Source: the human T2T-CHM13v2.0 reference genome, Homo sapiens. From it: 64,000 nt of DNA. Shown piece by piece: positions 53,447 to 64,000 of this stretch. The notes beneath the pieces were generated by a model. That model saw only the letters and a list, made by a program, of their open reading frames with translations, was not told the origin of the DNA and did not search any database. Both the position numbers and the translations under genes were made by a program. Each line of letters opens with the position of its first letter. The stretch's first letter is position 1. The stretch is taken from NCBI RefSeq assembly GCF_009914755.1, contig NC_060925.1; one strand, given 5' to 3'.

Positions 53447-53730
53447 TTCATGCACATGCACAAAAAGTACACGCACAAAAAATACACACACAACTACACA
53501 CAAGAGCACATAAACACACACGTATGCAGTGTGCATATAGGTGTACTCGCAAGGATACACGCATGCATACATATTGCACACACATGCACATGAGTGTGTA
53601 TGCAAGTACATATGCATGTGACATAGCATACAGCATACATGTGCACAGACACATGTGAGCACACATGCACATGCCCCGCACACCTGTGCATACTCACATG
53701 CATGTGTGGGTGTGCACAAACACACGTACA
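53447..53730. repeat. Degenerate (CA/TG/TA)n alternating purine-pyrimidine tract
   Basis: Read directly. Similar tracts at ~25400-25630, ~29120-29660, ~35270-35590 and ~60520-60590. Confidence 0.8.
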
Positions 53731-56700
53731 CACTGGCCGGGTCATGCCCTCCCCCGCTACCCCAGTCTCTCACGCAGTTTGAGACCCAAGGCCTCACATG
53801 TCCCCAGGTCATAACTGCACTTCGGATGCTCCTTCAGTGTTACATCAATGACACACATAGCCTGTGACTTGCACAATGTCTCACAATGCTAGAAAGGGCC
53901 TGAGCCAGGATCTAAACTCATTTTGGAGGGTGGCGGGTGTGCCTGTATGGAGGGATGGAAGGTGAATCCAGGAGACCCCAAAGGGCTGCAGCCCCAGGAG
54001 CAGGAGGGGGCTGATGCTGGTAGAAAGAGATATTACACACCTGGCATGGAACTGCTCGGACATATGGTTACCAGTGCCCACCCCCCAGGCTGGCACATCA
54101 CCTGCCCTCTGCTTCTCTCTCCTTTTAGCTCCCTGGACCCAGTCAGAGAGCTTCTAGCCAAGGGCCTGGTGTCTCATGAAGCGAACGGAGATCAGGCTGG
54201 CTGGGTGCCTGGTGCCCCTGAAGGAAGGAGGAAGGGAGCTGGCATCTGTGGAGGACCACTTCTGACCAAGACTGCCTAGTGAATGCTGGCCACTTTCATC
54301 TTGTTAAATTTTTAAGTGAAAGGTCAAGGGACTTGCAGGGTTTATGGGGCTGGAGCAGGACAAGGTGGGCCTTGACCTCAGGCATCCATCTCCATATAGC
54401 CATGGGCATGGCTGGACAGACATACAGGTTGGAGTGGCCTGGGCACAGCTGCCAACAGCAGCCCCCCCACCCAGCCCCGACTGCCACACTGCATGTGCTG
54501 TCCCTGCTGAGGCTGGGGGGAATGAGAAAGTGGAGTGAAGGCATGGAGAGGGCCTGGGTAAGGGGCTCGGGGCTGGACACCCTAGGCATAGCCACAGGTC
54601 CTTGAGCTCCAGAGTATCCTGGTGATGCCTGGGGCAGTTCTTGGGTCTCCCCCAAGAGACTGCTCTGGGGCAGGGTGAGCGAAGTCTCCCCCCCTGGATG
54701 GCATGCTCTGAGGCTTCCTGGAGTTGTCCCCTGTGGCCTGCCAGGGGCCTGGCCGGTGCTGCAGCCTGAGATTTACAAGCCAGCCTGAAGGCGCAAACAA
54801 TAAATCAAGCTTGAGTCTGGCCGTGGACTTGTCCTCCCACTGCCTTCCAGGCCTCTCACCTGCCATGTCCAAGCCAGGCACTAGAGCTGGGATGGGAGCA
54901 TCGGGGAGGAGCCCTGGCCCAGCCTCCACCTTCCTGCTTCTCCCTGTGAGACCCTCTCTCTGGGTTTTCCAGGTACTGAGGCCTGGAGGTTAAGGGCTGG
55001 GGCTCTTGAAGCTGTCAGCCTGGGTCCAAGCACCAGAGCCCCTCTATTCCTGGTTGGGGAGCTTGTGCAGAGGCATAGCTCTGAGCATCCATTTATGGGG
55101 ATAATGGTCACACCAGCACCAGGTGCCCTTGTGGGTTTGCTAAGGTGCTTAAAACAGGGCCTGGGAGGTAAGTTGCTCTTACCTGAGTCCCTAAAACAGA
55201 ACAGAGGGACAAGGGTGTGGCTTTGCCTGTGCCCCAGGGTTTATCCCTCATTGTGTCTGTCCAAGTGCCTTGGGGAGAGGTCAGGGCAGCCCTTTCCCTA
55301 GAGGCTGCTGTGAATCACTGGGCTCAAAGCAGGGCCAGGACAGGGCTGACTGGGGAGGTGCTGGGAGGTGCCCCCAGCCACAGCCCTGCAGGCTCAGGGA
55401 CAGGAACAGTGATAGAAACCAGCCTTTCCTGTCCCCTCTTCCCACTGTGGCTTTTCCTCCTCTGGACAACCCTATGAAGCAGATACTGTCCCTGTTTAAA
55501 GATGAGGTTGCTGATCTCATCCTTAGATGAGGGAGAAGAGGAGGTATGTGACTTGCCCAAGGTCACACAGCTCGTAAAAGGCAGGTGGAAATTTGAACCA
55601 GCCTCTCTGGGTTTTAGTGTCTCTCAAGAGCACACCAGGCCCAGTGGCTGGGACAGGACAGGACAGGGTGCTGGGAGTTGGTGAGGCCTGGCAAACCACA
55701 GGTGCTCACCAAGTATCATTCCCTCTGCCTTCGGAGGCTAGGGAGAGGGATGAAGGGTGCCTCTTCACTGCACAGGGGCCTGTAGGATGCCCAGCAGGGG
55801 CCCACCAGGGCTGAGTGGGGCGGGAGCTCAGGGAGGTTGGTGCCCCAGGTGAGTCCCAAGCCCTGCCCTGGAAGAGGCTCAGGAGATAAGCTGGGGCCCT
55901 AGGGCCGCATCTCCTAGCAACATGGCCTTGGGGACCCTGCCTGTCTGCCTCAGGTGCCCCAGGGAGCCCAGCTCAACCGCCATCCCCAGGTGTCTGGCTG
56001 AGGAACCTGCTGGGTGGGGGCGGAGCAGAGGGCGAGTGCCAAGCCTGGGCTTAGCCCCCAGGACAGGGAAAGAGGGTCCCCTCCTCCAGCCAAGGGTGAA
56101 GCTTCTGGGGTGTGGGGGGCTGTGGGGCTGAGAGGGGAGGGGTTTTCCTCTTCCCCTTCCAGCCGTCTCTCTGTGTCTGTCCCCATCTCTCTTCCTAGTG
56201 TGCTCCCTGCATCTGGGAGCTCTCCCTTCTCCCTTCCTCTGCCTCCTGCGGCCGCCCTCACTCCCCCACTTCTCCCTCAGGGTTCGGTTTCTCTGTCTGT
56301 CCGTCTGTCTCTCTTCCTGTCCCACCCGTCTCTTCCGAATGTCTCTCCCACATCTCTCTCGTGCCCCCGCCCTGTTTCCCGTGTTGCTTTGCTCTGCCTC
56401 CCTCTGCCCCCCGCCCCCCTGGCTCTCTCCATCCCTTATGCTGAGGCCTCCCCACCCTCACACTTGTGGCTTCCCCTGTCTCCTGCAGCCTTCAGGGAGC
56501 CAGGGAGGCAGCGTAGGTGCTGGTACCCCAGCCTCGGTTGGGAGTCATACCACGGATGCTTAGGGGGTGTGCAGGGAAGCCAGCCTGAACAGGAAGACAA
56601 AAATTCACTCATGACCTGGGGCTGATCTTGCCTTCTCTTGGGCCTCAGTTTCCCCATCTGTGAAATGGGTCTAATGGCTTTGGTAGGAAGTATCCGTGTT

Positions 56701-57939
56701 CTCTAGGCTGTTGTGGATCACAGGCTGTGATAGAAATGGACAGAATGTCAGGCTGAGGTGGTGTAGGGCATCTTCTGGAGAAAGGGCTGTGGTGGTGGAA
56801 GCCCTTCTGGAGGATGGAGGCTCATCCTTGTCCTTCTGGCCGGCAGGCTTTGGCTGGCACTGCCCTCCTCCCTCAGGAGTGGTCTTCCTGGGGTGAGTCA
56901 GGGAGGCCTTGGCGCACTTGGCTGCATCATGGTGCCCTCTGGTGGCATGCGGCAGAAACTGCTGCCACATTTTGCTCTGCCCTCTGGTCCTGGGCGGGTG
57001 TGGACTCCAGGGCTTGCTGAGTGACCCTGGGCCCTGGGAATGCCAGTAGGAGCTAAACTCTACTGTGCACTAGGTGAGTGCCAGGCTTCTCTGCACCACA
57101 ACTGCTTCTGTGCACTCTCCTATTTCGTCTTCACCCTGCCCCACTATTACCCCCATCTTACAGATGGGAAAGTTGAGACCCAGGGTTTTAACCCAGGCAG
57201 TTGGCTCCACAGCCAGCACTCTTGACACCACACTTGGAATTCTGCCTCTAAAATGACTCCAGCAGATGCTACAATCCCACTATCAGTGAAGACCCATTCT
57301 TTGGGGCTATTTATTTGTCTAACAAATATGTATTTACACTTGCTATTTTCAGAGCCAAAGGAGCTCACAGAATGCACTTAGCCTGATTGTGTCACTTTAC
57401 AGATGGTGAAACTGAGACCCAGAGAGGGGGAGTGACTGTCCCATGGTCACATGTGTGAGTATGAGGGTGTATGGTAGGACTAATGGATGGCAGTGCGATT
57501 GTCAAGCCCAGCATGTGTGAGGCAGTGTGGGACGGGCATAGGAGACAAAACACGATGAGTGCAGTGTTCTGGGGTGAGGGAGGCCACAGTGGGTAGGAGC
57601 TAGGGGCCACCCCACCCTAAGTGGGAAGCACCGCTGGAGGAAATGCATGGGGCAAGGGTGGGTGTGAGCTTGGATATGGGCGTGGCTGGGGTCAGTGTCT
57701 GAGCTGTGTGAGGGAGAAAGCGGAAGGGAAATGTCTAGGAGCCAGTGGGAGCCACTGGAGGGGGCCACAGTTTCCCAGCACCTGCCTGGTGCCAGGCAAT
57801 GCAAGGAGTAGGACAGCCTGTCCTCATGGAGCCTGCATTCCAGGGGCTGAAAGCACAGATCACTCCAGAAACAGGCCTCTCACATCCCATCCATGGTGAT
57901 GGACTCAGAACAGTGTGGGAGGCAAGGCAAGGGGTCTTG

Positions 57940-58100
57940 ATGGGATCTCCCTGGGGTGAGTGAAACGGTCTAGAGCTTAGCCTGGGGGGTAGTGACCCGG
58001 AGGGTTCAGAGGTAGAAATACATCGAGCTGTTCACTTCAAAATAGTGCCCCTTACTGTATGCAAATCTTACCTCAATTAAAAAAGAAGAAAACAAAAAAA
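57940..58100 (+). mobile_element. Ancient L1 (L1ME-like) 3' end
   Basis: catcgagctgttcacttcaaaatagtg...tactgtatgcaaatcttacctcaattaaaaaag followed by an A-rich tail. Confidence 0.6.
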
Positions 58101-59349
58101 CCTAGCCTTCTGCTTTGGGTGGGAGGGAAAGTGGGAGTGGCCAGTAATTGTGGCCTGGGTGGAGAGGACCTAGACAGAGAGGTGCTGGCAGAGAATTCTA
58201 CGGAAAGTTTGCTGGTGGGAGTGAAAGCTGGAACTCGGCTCTAGGTTTCTGAGGAGCCCCAGGGGATGAAGCTGCAAAGATGTGGGGAGGCTCAGGGATC
58301 CTGGGGCATCCCATCTCTGGAAGAGCCTCCCCTCTGCAGAAGTGGCAAGAAGCCCTCCGAGAGTGTGGGTCTGGGATGCTTTTTGTCAAATCTGCAGGTG
58401 CCTGGGTCCGCAGTCTACTCCTCTGCTGGGGGTGGAGGGGATCCCCTAGATCTACATTTTCACACATTCCCAGGGTAATTTTGACACTGTCAGCTGCACA
58501 CCAGTATTAGGAAATCACAGCCTGAGGTTCCTTCCAAGCCCTGGCTTCTGTGAATCCAGATTCTGAGATTTCCTGCACTGGAAAGTCATTTTAGCTAGGC
58601 CAGCACTGCCACCGCTGGCCATGGCGAGGCTGAGTCCCAGGGAGGGGAAGTGACGTGCCCATGGACTCACAGCCAGCTTGCATCCAGAGCTGTAACCGGA
58701 ACCCTGCCTAGGCTGCCAGGCCAGGCTCCCAGCCCCGGCCCGGTCAACTTTGTCATGCCCAAGGAATTCCCAGCTGTCAGAGATGGGCGGGGACCGTAGG
58801 CAATGGCAGGGAGCCTGGCAGCTGTAGGTGGGCCCCACCCACCCTCCAGGTGCCCCAGGTCTCCCGGGTTGGTTGGGGGCCATCTCAGGCTGTTGGCTGC
58901 TCGGGGCTCAGGCCCACCTCCTGCCTCTGTGGCCCCAAATAGAGCTCCTGGGGGCACTTGGCCACCAGGGGAGGAGAGCAGAACCCTGACTCTGTTCCTA
59001 GCAGGGGGAGGACCTGTTGAGTCCTGTCATGTGGGAGTGCCACCCCAAACTCCTGCCTGCAGAACCTCATTGGGATGCTGGTGGCACAGGCTGAGCCGGC
59101 AAGGTCACTGGAGAACAGAGCGAGGGTGAGGGCGTCCACCGCCAGCCTGGCACTGCCCCCACTGGCGCCTGTTGGGTCTGAACCTCTGCCTAAGGCAGTT
59201 GCTTGCACCTGGCCTCACCTCTGCCAGGGCGTCCTCTGCCAATGACAGCCCTCCCTTCTGTTTTCTCTCCTCCTTCCCTTCTCTACCCCTCCCTCTTCCT
59301 TTTCTTGCCTACAGGATTGGGGCCCCATCTACTCCTCTTCCATCCTGAG

Positions 59350-59700
59350 CCCTTTGGAGACAAGCCGACCTGGTTTGAGCCCCAGCTCCTGCTCCTTCTG
59401 CTGCTTAGCTCTGTGACCTTTGGCAAGTTGCTAAACCTCTCTGAGTCTCAGTTTACTTATCTGCAGAATGGGGGGTAATAGATCCTATCTCATGAAGGGC
59501 TCGTGAGGATCTTTAAACTGTCTAACCTTGGTTGGGCACTTACTCTGTGCCAGGCACTGTGTGTGTGTTTTACCAGAGTTATCATCCTCATTTTATAGAC
59601 AGGCAAAATGAGGCTCAGAGAGAGGGGGCAGGCTTGTTCCTGGTTGCTCAGCTATACGTGCAGAGTTGGGCTTTCTGGATCTAAGATCTATGTTCTTCCC
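59350..59700. mobile_element. Two adjacent MIRs in opposite orientation
   Basis: ctgtgacctttggcaagttgctaaacctctctgagtctcagttt (plus), then cattttatagacaggcaaaatgaggctcagag (minus). Confidence 0.75.
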
Positions 59701-61180
59701 TAGGCAGGTTGGCACTGAGGGAGCAGGCAGGGCCATGGGCAGAGCTGTGACCTCACCACATAGGGAGGTGCTGGGCCTGGGTCACATGCGTAGAGAGATT
59801 ACGATCCTGGGTGTTGTGAGTCAGGTATCGTCTCCATCTGTAGAATGAGGAAAGTTGTAACCATCCCTAGGTGCGATACCTGAGACTGGATCCAGCTTCC
59901 TGCAGTCTCCCTTGTCCAAAGCAGGGACTCTTGAGTTCCGTCAGTAGAAGGGGAGCATGACTCTGTCTTATGGAGACAGTCATACATAGCAAATGTTGAC
60001 TGTAACCACTATCACAAGTCCTGAGATCTTTGCCTGAGGGATGAAAATGGGGGCGCACAGAATTTTAAGTCCTCACTTAAGGACTTGAACTTACCCCTCC
60101 TGAGTAGTACATAGTAGCCCCATCTCCAGAGGAAGAAACTGCTGCTCAGAGTGAGGCCCAGCTTTGTCCCAATCACACAGCCCAGTGGTGGGCAAGGTCC
60201 TGCCCCCTCCCAGCAGGCCTCAGAGGGAAGGCCAGGCTGGCTCTCTCCCCATCAGCGGCCGCCTTCATTAGCATTCCGAGGTGCACTGCCCAAGTTGCCA
60301 TTATGTGGTTGGGTAGATTCACATCTGTAGGTTCTAATTCACCCTAATTGACCCTGCAGGGAATCTTCCAAACTCCTGGGTTTTTACAGCTTCTTGGAGT
60401 TTTATTTTGGCTTTTGAAAAATAGTGCATTCATGCCAAACACACAGGGCTATAAATCGATGCTGCTCTGATTGATAAAGTATAAAAAGGCCAGCATGCTG
60501 CGTGGCCAGGCCCTGGGTTGTCTGTGTATGTGTACATGCATGCATGTATGTATATGTTTGTATATATGTGTGGGTATATATGTGTGTGTCATAGCAACAC
60601 ATAGAAGCTGGCCTTCATTGAGCATTTCTGCGTTGAGCTCTGTGCTAAGCACTTCACAGGCATTAAATACAATCGCCCAGGGTCCAGCTGCTACTAATTG
60701 TCTGATCCAGAGCCCAGCTTGGCCAGGAATAAGAAGGTCAGGGCAGAGTCAGTGAGCTCATTTTGGTTGTGGCAAGTCTGAGGTTCTTCTGGGATATTCA
60801 GGGGAGGGAGCCTGGTAAGCTCTGAGGCTTACCTGCTATTTCACTTCAAGCAAATCGGTTACCCTCTTTGTGCCTCAGTATCCCTTCTACAAAATGGGGA
60901 TAATCAATCACAGTACCTACTTCACAGGGTTGTTGTCAGGCTGTCTGCCTCTTGGTCAGGGTGAGAATGGAAAAGCACTCCCTGTATTTAACAACAATGT
61001 GTTGAGTGACTCAGTAAGAACCATTTTGGTGGAATACGGGGTGGACAGCAGCAGGCCTGGGAAGCAGACGGCAGGTGCAAGAGTGAGACTGGTCATAAAG
61101 GTAACCCTGGAATATGTTTTGCTGGGAAGGGGGAAGAAAGATGGGTCCTGGTTGGAGCCAAGTGTAGGGCTTCAGAAGGG

Positions 61181-61650
61181 TTTTTTTTTTTTTCTTGTTT
61201 GTTTGTTTTTTGAGATGGGGAGTCTTGCTCTGTCGCCCAGGCTGGAGTGCAGTGGTGCCATCTCAGCTCACTGCAACCTCTGCCTCTAGGTTCAAGTGAC
61301 TCTCCTGCCTCAGCCTCCCAAGTAGCTGGGATTACAGGCACCCGCCACCACGCCCAGCTAATTTTTGTATTTTTAGTAGAGATGAGGTTTCATCATGTCG
61401 GCCAGGCTGATCTTGATCCCGCCCACCTCGGCCTCCCGAAGTTCTGAGAGTGCCTGAGCCAGGCTGAGGTGCAGTGGTGCCATCTTGGCTCAATGCAGCC
61501 TCAATCTCCTGGGCTCAAGCGATCCTCCTGCCTCAGCCTCCTGAGTAGCTGGTACTACAGGCAGCTGGGACTATAGGCATATGCCACCACGCCCGGCTAA
61601 TGTTTTTGATTTTTAGTAGAGATGAAGTCTCGTTTTGTTGCCCAGGCTAG
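61181..61650 (-). mobile_element. AluS (internally deleted) followed directly by an AluJ fragment
   Basis: Two reverse Alu right arms (61181-~61447 and ~61455-61650). Confidence 0.85.
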
Positions 61651-63219
61651 AGCATGTTTCTTGATGCAGGGAAAGAGAAGGTGAAGAAGGGGGATAGATG
61701 GGAGGAGGGAAGGGTGGAGTCCAGGGCTCAGGGCACAGATGGGCTCCTCGGGGAGGGCCGGCTGGTTTATCCCATGGTTGCATCTTTGCAGAGTGGCAGG
61801 GAGACTTTTGCAGGGTGGGTGCCCAAGACTATCGCTATAGAAAGGCTCCTTGGGGTCCAGGTTGGAGAGGGAGGGAAGTGCCCCCAGGAGGAGAAGGAAG
61901 GTGCTGTGATGAGGTCAGAGAGCGAAGGAGGGCTAAGTGAAGGAGGGCCATGGATACAGGCCAATATGGGGTTGGGAGGATATGGGGTGGGGGAGGTAGT
62001 TCTGAGTGAGGATACCCAGGCCATGGCATGGGTGGGGTTGGCTGGGCCAAGTACAAAAGAGGGAGAGAGTTGTTGGTGATGAGGGAGAAGTAGGGGGTTG
62101 GCCAGGTCGTCAGGGGTCCAGGGAACTCCCAGGATGAAGGCAGGTGTTGGTGGAGAAGGCCAAGTCAGGCCTCAGGTCCTGGGGGCGTGGAGGTGTGGAG
62201 GGAGGCGCGGGGAAGTGGAGGAGGTGGCTGAGGGACGGGGAGAGGGAGGGCGGGGCTGAGGATGAGGGGTTCTTGCCCCAAAGTGGTGGCAGGGTGTCCT
62301 GGCTTGCAGCTTGAAGGGTTTTTATATTTTTGGCTTCTTGATGGGAATCTGGAATTAGTGATGGAATTGTGTCATGGATCAGGATTCTGTATTCACAGGG
62401 CCCTTAATGGCCCACGTTGCCCTGAATGAGTCCCCTGCTGTCTTGTCTGACTTCTCCTCTGGGTGAAGTCTACGGGGCTGGGCTATGTTGTCATTTACCT
62501 CTGCCGCCACCGAGCAGGCGAGAAAACCGCATCGGATGAACAGTTGGAGAGACGTGGCTAGGAGCTCCTTCCTGGAAAACAGTCTCCAGGAGATGTAGCA
62601 TGGTGAGGGGAGTGTGGGTTCCCAGGGCCAAAGTGTTCCAACCAGAAGCTGTGTGGCCTCTGGCAAGTTCTTTTCTTCCTTCTCTGTAACCCAGGGCACA
62701 GTGATGCTTCATGAGAGCGTAAAGTGTGTGGCAGTGGGTTCCTTCTTGTTAGTGATTACTATTACTCAGTGCTGACCAGAGAGAGGCCTGGTCTCTGTGG
62801 CAGAGGGGGTCCCTGGAGGGGCCCAGGACCAGGGTTTTGTCCCTGCTCTGAGCACTTGGGTGCTGGTAACGCCACAGGTTGTTTCTGGTGCTTTCTCCAA
62901 AGCTCTGTGGCAGACAGAACCAGGGGCATCACTGGCTCCATGCCTACCAGCTGTGTGACCTGGGCAAATCCCTGTAGGCACAGAGCTGCCTCCTTACTTG
63001 TAAAACACTGATTATTAATAATACCTCCTTCACTTCATTCATTCATGTGTGTACTCAGCAAATATTTCCTGAAGCAAGGTAGTGCTGCCATCAGATGAAA
63101 AGAGATGAAGAGTGGCTAAGGGGTTGCCTGGGGGCACACACAGGTAGTCTGCCCCCTCCCGCAAGATTCAGCTCCAGTTCAACCCCAACTACTCTCAGCC
63201 CCTGAACCCCACCTGGAGG

Positions 63220-63960
63220 CCTCTTGGCCGCGGCTCCCTGCTGGTTGAAGCTCAGATGCCCTCTTGTGGCCGCGGCCCCCTCGCACGTCGCCCTGCGCCC
63301 GGGGACCGGAATCCCCGACAAGGGGTGGTCAGCTCAGCGGCAGCACTGGACCCTCTACCTGCCCCCGCCCCCCGATTGTACGGAAGTCTGCAGCGTGTCT
63401 CAGGCCACACTGCGAGTTGGGGGTGGCCCTGGCCGCCAGCCTGGTGTCCTTGCCTGGAGGAAATGCGAGGTGTCAGATGACCCTGCCCGCCCTGCCCCTC
63501 CCATGCCACCCTAGCAGAGGACGCCTCTCCCTGGCAGGACACCCTAGGGCCGTCTGGGCCCAGCATGCCCGCTGGCTCGTGAGCTGGCCCTGGAAACTAG
63601 CGGCTGGCGCAAGTGGGCGTTCGGCGGCACTGCTGGCTGCCAGCTGCCAGCCCCACACCCCACAGGCCCCTGCCTGGCCAGCCCCGGTGCACTCCTGGGA
63701 TGTCCCCTGCAGGCCCAAGTGTCTCAGGCCCAGCCGCTGCCTCGGGGCTGTGTGCCGCTGGCAGGACACACAGCCTCCCGAGCTCAAAAAGCGGCTCTGC
63801 CCTTTCTTCTTAGGTTCAGGCTAAGGCCGGCTGTGCCGGAGGGGCACAACACCTGAGTGGAGATGAGCAGCCCAGGGGCGCCCTGCTGGCCCGCACCCTG
63901 CCCAGACCACATGAAGGCGAAGAGGTTGCTGAGTGAGTGGCGGGGGTGTGGGATGGAATT
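63220..63960. promoter_or_regulatory. Intergenic CpG-rich element with a strong CTCF motif
   Basis: Locally elevated CpG. Minus-strand CCACAAGAGGGCA at 63257-63269. Confidence 0.55.
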
Positions 63961-64000
63961 GTGTACGTGGTGTGGTGTGTGTGTGGCGTGTGTTGGTGCG

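Overview
Human (or very close hominid) genomic DNA, GC-rich and rich in Alu, MIR and L2 repeats, containing the complete FOXO6 gene on the + strand. The gene has a CpG-island promoter (~400-2090), coding exon 1 (1341-1754), one ~19.3 kb phase-0 intron splitting the forkhead domain at GWK|NSIRH, and coding exon 2 (21058-22323), giving a 559-aa protein. A ~0.9 kb C-rich 3'UTR ends at AATAAA 23212. The remaining ~40 kb has no credible protein-coding gene. It holds ancient and primate repeats plus several short, repeat-free AT-rich islands packed with homeodomain/POU/PBX/SOX/TCF motifs, which are probable enhancers. The most interesting unexplained signals are: (1) a candidate 30-nt in-frame cassette exon (20437-20466) that would insert 10 aa at the forkhead recognition helix; (2) a degenerate ~22-bp tandem repeat with a 66-bp higher-order period in the intron (15280-15810); (3) two uORFs and a 255-codon open in-frame extension upstream of the FOXO6 ATG; (4) recurring RFX X-boxes; (5) an intact CRE inside a MER63-type transposon. 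No database search was possible, so repeat family names and boundaries are approximate. I see no firm evidence of a wholly new biological system; the findings are hypotheses.
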